Assembly: GCA_937995675.1 (NCBI GenBank)
Contig: CALKJE010000072.1
Coordinates: 1 to 41,138 of the forward strand
Direction of reading: 5' to 3'
DNA: 41,138 nucleotides
DNA from: an uncultured Saprospiraceae bacterium
Lineage (GTDB): Bacteria > Bacteroidota > Bacteroidia > Chitinophagales > Saprospiraceae
The first letter of the stretch is position 1. The number at the start of each line of letters is the position of its first letter. Positions 1-8,537 of the stretch are shown here, piece after piece. The notes under the pieces were generated by a model. That model saw nothing but the letters and a program-made list of their open reading frames with translations, was not told the DNA's origin and searched no databases. The position numbers and the translations under genes were made by a program.

Positions 1-155
1 ACCTCACAAGCAAACTTTGTTTTAAATTCGGTGGTATCAAAACGAGTGATGGGAGCGGCTCCGCTAACTCCGTTTTGTAAACCCTGATAGTATGCTTGCA
101 GGTTATTTCCGATAGGAGTAAGTGCTCCTAGGCCTGTTACAACAACCCTTTTCAT
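1..155 (-). CDS. fabF: beta-ketoacyl-ACP synthase II, N-terminal part (runs off window edge)
   Basis: Reverse-strand translation from the ATG at 153-155 gives MKRVVVTGLGALTPIGNNLQAYYQGLQNGVSGAAPITRFDTTEFKTKFACEV, a typical KAS II N-terminus. It lies directly downstream of acpP, the usual arrangement. Confidence 0.85.
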   Translation of the reverse strand, partial: MKRVVVTGLGALTPIGNNLQAYYQGLQNGVSGAAPITRFDTTEFKTKFACE

Positions 156-290
156 AAATTTGGTGTAAAACAACAAATTAGAGAATGATTACTCATCCTC
201 TAATCTGCAGTATGATGGTTAAATCACGCAGAAATACTTGTCATTAGACAATGATCTCCGCTTTTCAATTTCTCTGTAGGAAGGTCTAGT

Positions 291-530
291 TTATTCCTCA
301 ATCTGAGATTGCAGGTATTCTACTGCCTGACCGACAGTTGTAATGTTTTCCGCTTGTTCATCAGGAATTGAAATATCAAATTCTTTTTCAAATTCCATAA
401 TTAATTCAACTGTATCAAGTGAGTCTGCTCCCAAATCGTTGGTGAAGCTAGCCTCTTGCGTGATTTCTGATTCATCGACTCCTAATTTGTCTACGATGAT
501 CTTGTTAACTCTTTCAGCAATGTTTGACAT
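291..530 (-). CDS. acpP: acyl carrier protein
   Basis: 79-aa product with the ACP signature [17 protein letters not shown] trimmed the tracked ORF 291..599 to the internal ATG (MSNIAERV...) because the 23 upstream codons look like read-through of the leader. Confidence 0.93.
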   Translation of the reverse strand: MSNIAERVNKIIVDKLGVDESEITQEASFTNDLGADSLDTVELIMEFEKEFDISIPDEQAENITTVGQAVEYLQSQIEE

Positions 531-909
531 AATAATAATTTCTAGTTTGTTAAATTCCAAAAGTATTGCAAAGTAAGCTATAAGAACGTTGATAACCAAA
601 GTTTTTACCTCTTTTTTGCACTACTAATCCAATGTGAATCATATAATTTAATACATTTTGGGCGTAAAATTGTTCACTTACCCTACTTAAATAGCGTTAT
701 TCGAAGGTATTTATTGTAAAAAACACACTAATACTTTTCAATTGACCACTTATTATAGAGACATTATTGTATATTAGCCTTGTTTTAGGGGAATTACAAG
801 TAGTTTGCTCTCTTAAAATAGGCGCTCAAAAAAATAGAATCATACAATAATTTCCATATTTAACCCCTATTAAAACACTTTTCAGTATCACCTTTTTTAA
901 CTTTTTTTT

Positions 910-2343
910 ATGAAAAGAATAGATCACCAAAACACAAAAATAGTTGCTACCGTAGGTCCAGCTTCCAGTTCTTACGAAAATTTACTTGCCTTAGCTAATG
1001 CTGGAGTTGATTGTTTTCGACTCAATTTTTCCCACGGAAAGCACAGCGATCATAAAAAAGTCATTGACCATATCGTCTATATTAACGAAAAGTACAACTA
1101 CCATATCAGTATTTTAGCAGACCTACAAGGTCCTAAATTAAGAGTCGGTAAGATAAAAGATGATGGCTTGATGCTAAAAAAGGGAGATGTTCTAACTTTT
1201 GTTAATACAGAGTGTATTGGGACACGTGAGAAAATCTATATGAGTTACCAACAGTTTCCACAAGATGTAAAAGTTGGTGAAAAAGTCATGATTGATGATG
1301 GAAAATTAATGCTAGAAGTCATCAGCACCAATCAAAAAGACGAAGTAAAGTTAAAGGTACTTTTTGGTGGAAAATTATCCTCCAACAAAGGAGTTAATTT
1401 ACCAAATACTAAGATATCACTTCCTTCTTTGACACCAAAAGACGAGATTGATCTAGAATATATCCTTACCTTACCTGTCCACTGGATCGCACTTTCTTTT
1501 GTTCGTTCTGCTAAAGATATAAAAGATTTACAGGCTCGCCTCGCAGCGGCCAATCATCCAGCCAAAGTCATGGCAAAAATAGAAAAGCCAGAAGCTATCG
1601 ATAAGTTGGATAAAATCATCAAAGCTTCCAATGGTATTATGGTAGCACGAGGAGATTTAGGAGTAGAGATGCCGATTGAAAAGCTCCCTATTCTACAAAA
1701 GCATATTATCAATCGTTGTCTACAATATGCTCGTCCAGTAATTGTAGCGACCCATATGATGGACAGTATGATTACGCAGCCAATTCCTACCAGAGCTGAG
1801 ATCACCGATGTTGCCAACGCCGTACTAGATGGAGCAGATGCGGTGATGCTTAGTGGTGAGACTTCTGTTGGTGTGCATCCTGTTAAGGTGGTAGAAGCCA
1901 TGAATAAGATTATTGAAGAAGCTGAAAAAACCTATAGTATTAAAGGACGTAGACCGAAGCCTACCAAGAAGTCTAGAACCTTTATCTCTGATGCAGTTTG
2001 TTTCAGTGCTGCTAAAACGGCGGAAGAAATTGATGCGAAAGCGATTGTTGGGATGACCAGTTCAGGGTATACGGCATTTAAAGTTTCTAGCTTCCGTCCG
2101 AATACGAAGATTTATATCTTTTCCGAAAAAGCGCACATGCTTTCTACGCTCAACTTAGCTTGGGGCGTAAAATGTTTTTATTATGATAAATTTACGACCA
2201 CCGATGAAACGATCCATGATGTAAATGATATTTTGAAGAATAATGAGATTGTAGAAGTTGATGATGTGGTGGTAAATATTGGAAGTATGCCGATAAAACG
2301 TCGGCACCGAACCAATATGTTTAAAGTAACCGTAGTTGAATAG
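910..2343 (+). CDS. pyk: pyruvate kinase
   Basis: 477 aa. N-terminal TKIVATVGPAS, NFSHG, and MVARGDLGVEMP plus MLSGETSVG motifs typical of pyruvate kinase. Confidence 0.93.
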   Translation: MKRIDHQNTKIVATVGPASSSYENLLALANAGVDCFRLNFSHGKHSDHKKVIDHIVYINEKYNYHISILADLQGPKLRVGKIKDDGLMLKKGDVLTFVNTECIGTREKIYMSYQQFPQDVKVGEKVMIDDGKLMLEVISTNQKDEVKLKVLFGGKLSSNKGVNLPNTKISLPSLTPKDEIDLEYILTLPVHWIALSFVRSAKDIKDLQARLAAANHPAKVMAKIEKPEAIDKLDKIIKASNGIMVARGDLGVEMPIEKLPILQKHIINRCLQYARPVIVATHMMDSMITQPIPTRAEITDVANAVLDGADAVMLSGETSVGVHPVKVVEAMNKIIEEAEKTYSIKGRRPKPTKKSRTFISDAVCFSAAKTAEEIDAKAIVGMTSSGYTAFKVSSFRPNTKIYIFSEKAHMLSTLNLAWGVKCFYYDKFTTTDETIHDVNDILKNNEIVEVDDVVVNIGSMPIKRRHRTNMFKVTVVE

Positions 2344-2370
2344 AATTCAATTCAAATAGATAAAGTCATA

Positions 2371-2410
2371 AAATAACCCAGACCTTCTTTTTAGTCTGGG
2401 TTATTTTTTT
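2371..2410 (+). terminator. rho-independent terminator after pyk
   Basis: aaataacccagac / gtctgggttattt 13-bp stem followed by a T-run. Confidence 0.8.
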
Positions 2411-2525
2411 GTCCAGTAAAAGGATCCTCTTATAACCAAATTCGTAATTTTACGTATATATCAGTATATCTGCTAGTAGTGCTCATTACTTGGCATTTTT
2501 TTTATAAAATACACAATTCTTAAAA

Positions 2526-3530
2526 ATGAAGATTATTATTCCAATGGCAGGACGTGGTTCTCGTCTACGCCCACACACGCTCACGACTCCAAAACCACTG
2601 GTAAAGATTGCTGGAAAACCAATGGTACAAAGACTAGTGGAAGATCTCACTAAAGGATATCCTGGTAAAGTAGAGGAAATCGCTTTTATTATCGGTGATT
2701 TTGGACCTGAAGTTCCGCAACAGCTAAAGGATATTGCTGCTTCATTGGGAGCGAAAGGAAGTGTTTATCAACAGCACGAACCATTAGGTACTGCGCACGC
2801 CATTCTATGTGCTAAAGAAAGTCTTTCAGGGAACTGCTTCGTAGCTTTTTCTGATACCCTCTTTAGTGCTAGTTTTGACTTTGATCCAAATGAAGATGGT
2901 GTTATTTGGGTACAAAAAGTAGAAGACCCTTCTGCATTTGGTGTCGTAAAAGTGGATAATAATCAAGTAATTACCGATTTTGTAGAAAAATCACCTGTTT
3001 TTGTGTCTGATCTAGCGATTGTTGGAATTTATTACTTCCGAGATGGTGAAAATCTTCGCGATGAGTTACAGTATGTGATTGACAATGAAATCAAAGATAA
3101 AGGAGAATACCAATTGACCAGTGCATTGGAAAATATGAAGTCTAAAGGGCTTAAATTCCGTCCAGGAAAGATCGATGAATGGCTAGATTGTGGAAATAAA
3201 GACGCAGTTGTACACACAAATCAACGTATGTTAACCTTTATGGGCACAGAAAACCACATTGATCCTAGTGCAACCGTTGAAAATGCCGTAATTTTACCTC
3301 CCTGTTTTATTGGTAAAAATGCCGTTATTAAAAATTCGGTTATTGGCCCCTATACCTCCATTGGAAACAATTCTTTAGTTGATAGTTCCGTTATCAATAA
3401 TAGTATTGTTCAAGAGGACAGCACCGTAACCAATGCCAACATGAGCAATTCTATGTTAGGTAATAAGGTTGATTACGAAGGAAAAGCATCTGAGCTGAGC
3501 TTAGGTGATTTTTCAAAATACATAATATGA
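2526..3530 (+). CDS. sugar-phosphate nucleotidyltransferase with C-terminal left-handed beta-helix repeats
   Basis: N-terminus MKIIIPMAGRGSRLRPHTLTTPKPLV is the NTP-transferase G-rich loop. The C-terminus has hexapeptide-like I/V-G-x-N repeats. Substrate cannot be assigned. Confidence 0.8.
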   Translation: MKIIIPMAGRGSRLRPHTLTTPKPLVKIAGKPMVQRLVEDLTKGYPGKVEEIAFIIGDFGPEVPQQLKDIAASLGAKGSVYQQHEPLGTAHAILCAKESLSGNCFVAFSDTLFSASFDFDPNEDGVIWVQKVEDPSAFGVVKVDNNQVITDFVEKSPVFVSDLAIVGIYYFRDGENLRDELQYVIDNEIKDKGEYQLTSALENMKSKGLKFRPGKIDEWLDCGNKDAVVHTNQRMLTFMGTENHIDPSATVENAVILPPCFIGKNAVIKNSVIGPYTSIGNNSLVDSSVINNSIVQEDSTVTNANMSNSMLGNKVDYEGKASELSLGDFSKYII

Positions 3531-5242
3531 TTATTCGTCGCTTTTTCATTTTGTTATTAACCATGAGTCTGCTTGCAGGCGCTACCCTTTCTTTGTCTGC
3601 TCAGATACGACCTTCAGAGGATCAGGTAGAAACGGAGAAAATCTTTATTGATGCTTCCCGTGAAAAGGTATTAGGTAACTATGAAAACGCGGCCTATTTA
3701 TTTAAAGAAGTCCTAAAGCGAGATAAGCGCAACCACGCTGCAGCCTATGAGCTAGCGCGATTATACGATGTACTTGATAATGTAGACAAAGCGATGGCCA
3801 GTATAAAAATGGCTATCGCCGGAGACCAGCAGAATCCTTGGTATCAGATGTTTTTGGCAGATCTATTTGACCGTAAGGGTAAATATAAAGATGGAGCCAA
3901 AATTTTTGAAAAATTAGTCAGCGATGCTCCCTACAATGAATACTATTATATCAAATGGGCATTTCTTTTAATGAAAGCCAAACAGCCAGAAAAATCTATC
4001 GAAGTCTACTCTATGTTAGAAAATCGGATTGGTATTTCTGAAGAAATCTCTCGCAAAAAACAGGCACTCTATCTAGGAATTGGACAACCTGCCAAAGCAA
4101 TTGAGACTTACCAACTATTAATTATTTCTGATCCTTATAATCTAGAATATCATCATTTGCTAGCTTCTTTGTATAAACAATTAGGAGACGAAGAAAATGC
4201 TGCTAAGGTATACCAAGATATCTTAGAAATTGATCCCAATGATGCACAAGCGAGTATCGCTTTGGCCGATCGAAAAAAAGTAGAAGGAGATGATGTCAGT
4301 TATCTAAATAGCCTACAGCCAGTATTTGCGAAGTCAGACGTAGATATTGATCTAAAAATAAAAGAGATTCTTCCTTACATTCGTCAAGTAGTAGATACGC
4401 CTAATGAACCTATCATGAACGCTACGCTACAATTAGCTAGCATTCTAGAAGAACAGCATCCAGACGAAGCAAAAGCTTATTCAGTTTCTGGTGATTTACT
4501 TTACTATTCGGGACGAAAAAGACAGGCGCTAAAAAAATATTTAAAAGCACGTTCTTTAAATAATACTATTTATAGTATTTACGAACAAATCATGTATATC
4601 AATTTGGAGACGAATAGCTATGATACGCTATTAACGATTTCAAATGAAGCAATTGATTTATTTCCTAATCAAGCGGGAGCATATTATTTTAATGGAGTCG
4701 CTTTAGATTTCAATCAAAAAGATCAAGCAGCCATCAGTTCTTATCAACAAGCATTGTTAATGGCTCGTAAAAATCCACGGTTACAATTTGACTTATATGC
4801 TCGGCTCGGTGGACTGTATCATCGGATCGGAAAGCATACTTTGTCTGACACTAACATGGACAAAGCTTTACAACTTAATCCAAAAGATTTTAATCTACTT
4901 AATAATTATAGTTTTTATCTAGCTGAACGAGGTGTTCAATTAGAAAAGGCAAAAAAAATGTCTGCACTCGCTAATGAGCTACGCCCTAATCAAGGACATT
5001 TTCAAGATACATACGGTTGGATTTTATATCAGATGAAAGAATATGAAAGCGCTCGTGAATGGCTAACCAAAGCGATTGATAATGGCGGAGATTCTAATCC
5101 TGGTATCCTAGAACACTACGGTGACATTCTTTTTCAAATCGGAAAAACGGAAGCAGCCATTATTGAATGGCAAAAAGCCTTAGAGAAAAAAGGAGGAAAA
5201 GATGAAGAACTAGAAGAAAAAATCCGTAGTCGTCAGTTATAA
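3527..5242 (+). CDS. secreted TPR-repeat protein
   Basis: ATGA overlap with the upstream gene. Signal-peptide-like N-terminus (LLLTMSLLAGATLSLSAQ). Repeated A..Y/L...G....A 34-aa TPR-like units throughout. Confidence 0.7.
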   Translation: MIIRRFFILLLTMSLLAGATLSLSAQIRPSEDQVETEKIFIDASREKVLGNYENAAYLFKEVLKRDKRNHAAAYELARLYDVLDNVDKAMASIKMAIAGDQQNPWYQMFLADLFDRKGKYKDGAKIFEKLVSDAPYNEYYYIKWAFLLMKAKQPEKSIEVYSMLENRIGISEEISRKKQALYLGIGQPAKAIETYQLLIISDPYNLEYHHLLASLYKQLGDEENAAKVYQDILEIDPNDAQASIALADRKKVEGDDVSYLNSLQPVFAKSDVDIDLKIKEILPYIRQVVDTPNEPIMNATLQLASILEEQHPDEAKAYSVSGDLLYYSGRKRQALKKYLKARSLNNTIYSIYEQIMYINLETNSYDTLLTISNEAIDLFPNQAGAYYFNGVALDFNQKDQAAISSYQQALLMARKNPRLQFDLYARLGGLYHRIGKHTLSDTNMDKALQLNPKDFNLLNNYSFYLAERGVQLEKAKKMSALANELRPNQGHFQDTYGWILYQMKEYESAREWLTKAIDNGGDSNPGILEHYGDILFQIGKTEAAIIEWQKALEKKGGKDEELEEKIRSRQL

Positions 5243-5393
5243 TAAAAAAACGCTCTTATTAAGCTAAATACCCTTTCTTTTTTCCCTCTTTACGTTCTAT
5301 TTTTTCTTTCTAAAAAATATATTAAAATACCTTTAACTATAATATTGTAATACAATTACTATTTTTGTGCATTACTTAATTAAAAAAATTATT

Positions 5394-6095
5394 ATGACAC
5401 AAAGATTTCTATTAGTATTACTTAGCACTTTTTTATTTGGTGCTTTAAATGCGCAACGATTATTAAGCCCTTCTCTTAGTTTTTCTCATAAAAAAACAGC
5501 CTATATTACTCTGAAAGATGGAACTGAAATTCAAGGTAACATCAAAGATATTGATCGTAAAAAAGGTTTGATTAAATTTATCAAATTAAAGGATGGAAAA
5601 GGAACGAAGCATAAATTAGATGCAGATCAGATTCAGCATATGTACTTGCCACCAAGCGGCCTTGACAAATTGGGTAAACTTGACGAGATGCTTTTCGACG
5701 CAGATAACTGGGATTCCGAGAATCTAAACAAAGATTACATCATGCAAGGACTTGTATTTTTCGAATTAGCGGATGTTAAAATAAAGAAGAAAAACAGAAA
5801 ATTATTGATGCAATTATTAAATCCTGAATTTAGTAAGCAAGTAAAAGTTTACCATGATCCCTTTGCAAAAGAAACCATGAGTTTAGGCATTGGACCGGTC
5901 AAAGCGATTGGAGGAGATGCTAAATCGTACTACCTAGCAAAAGGAGATGGTGCTGCTTATAAAGTTAAAAAGAAAGACTACAAAGATGAGTTTAAGGCTT
6001 TATTTCAAGGTTGTAAAGACATGAAAAAAACGTATAAGAAGCCAAGCTGGAGCGATTTAGTTGAACATGTTATTGCCTATTCAAATTGTCAATAA
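5394..6095 (+). CDS. hypothetical secreted protein
   Basis: The tracked ORF starts at GTG 5367. The ATG at 5394 gives a clean signal peptide, MTQRFLLVLLSTFLFGALNAQ. No family recognised. Confidence 0.6.
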   Translation: MTQRFLLVLLSTFLFGALNAQRLLSPSLSFSHKKTAYITLKDGTEIQGNIKDIDRKKGLIKFIKLKDGKGTKHKLDADQIQHMYLPPSGLDKLGKLDEMLFDADNWDSENLNKDYIMQGLVFFELADVKIKKKNRKLLMQLLNPEFSKQVKVYHDPFAKETMSLGIGPVKAIGGDAKSYYLAKGDGAAYKVKKKDYKDEFKALFQGCKDMKKTYKKPSWSDLVEHVIAYSNCQ

Positions 6096-6131
6096 TATTT
6101 ATTTAAATAATAAGAGTTATTTAAAAACTTC

Positions 6132-6213
6132 CTAAAAAAGAGAGGCTACTCGATTCTTCGAGTAGCCTCTTTTATTTAGAGATATTGAAATGATATCAAT
6201 GATTGATTATAAT
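6132..6213. repeat. direct repeat copy 1 (terminator hairpin plus ~40 bp of flank)
   Basis: ctaaaaaagagaggctactcgattcttcgagtagcctcttttatttagagatattgaaatgatatcaatgatt(gatt)ataat recurs at 8460..8537 with 2 substitutions and one 4-nt indel. Confidence 0.9.
6141..6178. terminator. bidirectional rho-independent terminator (inside repeat copy 1)
   Basis: 13-bp perfect stem agaggctactcga/tcgagtagcctct with a 4-nt loop. An A-run precedes it and a T-run follows. Confidence 0.85.
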
Positions 6214-6481
6214 AATAAATAATAATACATTGCATTACTTCAATCCTTTTTTAAGCGCCAATAATATTTTTTATGAAAAATCAAAAGGCAGCTACCCGAA
6301 TAATCAAAAAATACAATCAGCTAAATTTTTAGTTCTACCTAATTCACATTTTCGAATTTATTTAAAGCCTCCTTCTTTTCAACATTATCTAATCTGTTAT
6401 TTTTAGCATAGTTATTGTATTATATTTTTCACTAATCTAAAAATAAGTTTATACATCACTGATTCTCAATGAATTAATAGA

Positions 6482-6644
6482 GAAGTTGTTTAAAAAGTAT
6501 CTTCAAACTTGCAGACAAAGCATTGATCATCAGATACTTCAGCTTTTTTTCGTCTCGTAGCTACGGCTACGAAACTCAAAAAGAACTTCGTCCTGATGAT
6601 CAAGCCTTTGTCTTCGTTTCTAAACATACTTTTTGAACAACTTC
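6482..6644. repeat. 163-bp imperfect palindrome, MITE-like element
   Basis: Termini gaagttgtttaaaaagtat ... atactttttgaacaacttc are inverted copies. Internal arms also pair in blocks (agacaaag, ttgatcatcag, cgtagc/gctacg at the centre, ~6563). The terminal 15-mer recurs at 30628 and 31766. Confidence 0.7.
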
Positions 6645-6673
6645 AGAAATAAAAATTATCAGTTAGGTATTTT

Positions 6674-8029
6674 ATGAATACTAGATATATATTTGGAATA
6701 ATTATCACGGTCGTTCTTTTATCTGTAAATCAAGCTTTCATTCAGTATTGGTTGGCACAAAAAAAACATGACGCTAATACCATTAATATTGCTGGAAAGC
6801 AAAGAATGCTCAGTCAAAGAATTAATGCGGAATTTTATAGATTAGAAAAAGAGAGTGCCTCTCCCCATCTTTTAAAGAAACTTGTTGCTGAATGGAAAAC
6901 TTCTCATTTTAAACTTCAGTCTAAAGATAAGTCTAACAAATTAGTTCCTATAACTAATTCAGAAATCCGATTAGCATTAAAAGAATTAAATCCTAATATT
7001 GAGTTTATTGAATCACAACTCAACAATATTGGAAAGGCCTCACTGAATTTGAGTTTGATTAATCAAAATCAGAACTCCTTTCTTCCCAAAATGGATAAAA
7101 TTGTAAAATCTTTAGAAAAAATTTCTGATAAGAAACTTCAATTTATTATTAAAACAGAGTTCTTTTTATTTTTTATGTCCTTGATTATTCTTATTCTAGA
7201 AGTAGTCTTTATTTATATTCCTATTGAAAAGTCACTAAACCTAGCAAATGCAGAAATTTCAAAAAAGAATGAAGATTTAAAACAGGCTTTGACCAGTATT
7301 GGTAAAAAAAATAGAGAGTTAGAACAAATTACTTATATCACCTCTCATGATTTACAAGAGCCTGTTCGTACTATTAATAGTTTGGTTAATATTTTCAAAA
7401 TAAAGTATGCTAGAGATTTTGATGAAGAAGGAATTAAAATGCTGAGGTATTTAGACACCGCAACGGTGCGGATGCGAGATTTAATCAAAGATTTACTAGA
7501 TTACTCTATAATTGGCAAGAAAAGAGAAAAAACGAAAATAGATTGTGCTGAGATATTAGAAATAATATCAAAGGATTTGGCATTAAAGATTAATGAAACA
7601 AAAGCGAAGATAACCTGGGGTAGACTACCAAAAATTTTAGGAATTGAAGCAGAAATTAGATTGCTTTTCCAAAACTTAATTTCGAATGCCCTAAAGTTTC
7701 AAATGAAGGGTCATCAGCCTAAAATTGATATTGCTGCGATAGAGAAAAAAGATTTTTGGCTATTTACTGTTTCTGATAACGGAATAGGGATAGAATCAAA
7801 AAACGTGGAAAAGATTTTTTCTATTTTCCATAGAATACATTCAAAAGACAAATTTGAGGGCACAGGAATTGGACTGGCACACTGTGCAAAAGTCGTTGAT
7901 ATTCATGGAGGAGCAATCTGGGTAGAATCAGAACTTGGAAAAGGCTGTACATTTTTCTTTACGATTAAAAAAGATCAAAATAAAATAGTTGGATATGAAC
8001 AACAAACTGAACTCTATATTACTAGTTGA
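6674..8029 (+). CDS. sensor histidine kinase with a PilJ/NarX-type periplasmic sensor domain
   Basis: Two TM segments bracket a ~150-aa region containing INIAGKQRMLSQRI (a P-box-like motif). H-box ITSHDLQEPVRTI. HATPase motifs NLISNALKF, DNGIGI, GTGIGLA. Confidence 0.85.
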   Translation: MNTRYIFGIIITVVLLSVNQAFIQYWLAQKKHDANTINIAGKQRMLSQRINAEFYRLEKESASPHLLKKLVAEWKTSHFKLQSKDKSNKLVPITNSEIRLALKELNPNIEFIESQLNNIGKASLNLSLINQNQNSFLPKMDKIVKSLEKISDKKLQFIIKTEFFLFFMSLIILILEVVFIYIPIEKSLNLANAEISKKNEDLKQALTSIGKKNRELEQITYITSHDLQEPVRTINSLVNIFKIKYARDFDEEGIKMLRYLDTATVRMRDLIKDLLDYSIIGKKREKTKIDCAEILEIISKDLALKINETKAKITWGRLPKILGIEAEIRLLFQNLISNALKFQMKGHQPKIDIAAIEKKDFWLFTVSDNGIGIESKNVEKIFSIFHRIHSKDKFEGTGIGLAHCAKVVDIHGGAIWVESELGKGCTFFFTIKKDQNKIVGYEQQTELYITS

Positions 8030-8417
8030 TGACGATGAAGCAACAAATTTCATACATCAATTCGTCATCCAAGATCATGGTGCCTGTAAACATATCGTTA
8101 CCAAATTAGACGGGCAAGAAGCATTTGATTATCTTACTACTCCTAATGAAAGTGGACTACCTAGTCCTGATATTATTTTTGTAGATATTAATATGCCTAA
8201 ATTAGATGGTTGGGGGTTTTTAGAAAAATATGAATCGGAATTTGGAAGTAACTCTTCAAAAATAATAGTTATGCTAACTACTTCTTTAAATAAATATGAT
8301 AAAGAAAGGGCAGAAAGTATGAACGTTATTTCTGAGTTTAGGAATAAACCTTTAAGTCCTGAGATATTGGATGAAATTGTAGAGAAATACTTTACTAATA
8401 AGCATATGGTGCAGTAG
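7995..8417 (+). CDS. stand-alone receiver-domain response regulator
   Basis: ILLVDDDE acidic pocket, phospho-acceptor in IIFVDINMPKLDG, and MLTTS plus a conserved K region. No output domain. The tracked ORF starts at TTG 7989; I prefer ATG 7995. Overlaps the kinase 3' end. Confidence 0.8.
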   Translation: MNNKLNSILLVDDDEATNFIHQFVIQDHGACKHIVTKLDGQEAFDYLTTPNESGLPSPDIIFVDINMPKLDGWGFLEKYESEFGSNSSKIIVMLTTSLNKYDKERAESMNVISEFRNKPLSPEILDEIVEKYFTNKHMVQ

Positions 8418-8459
8418 TTTTTATAACTTCTAAGGTAAACAGAGATATAAGATTTTACT

Positions 8460-8537
8460 CTAAAAAAGAGAGGCTACTCGATTGTTCGAGTAGCCTCTTT
8501 TATTTAGAGATATTCAAATGATATCAATGATTATAAT
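8460..8537. repeat. direct repeat copy 2
   Basis: Near-identical to 6132..6213. Its right end reaches the stop codon (8531-8533) of the convergent lectin gene. Confidence 0.9.
8469..8506. terminator. bidirectional rho-independent terminator (inside repeat copy 2)
   Basis: Same 13-bp stem as copy 1, with loop ttgt instead of ttct. Serves the receiver gene (+) and the lectin gene (-). Confidence 0.85.

Noticed and set aside
343-3217. Tracked ORFs 343..576(+), 1332..1553(-), 1554..1901(-) and 3032..3217(-) lying inside acpP, pyk and the nucleotidyltransferase gene
   Set aside because: They are antisense shadows of confidently identified genes. Their products are low-complexity Ser/Ile-rich strings with no motifs.
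6203-6406. 67-aa ORF in the spacer after repeat copy 1
   Set aside because: It starts with TTG inside the repeat, and its AT-rich Asn/Ile/Phe composition is what a random ORF in AT-rich DNA looks like. It has no signal peptide or motif.
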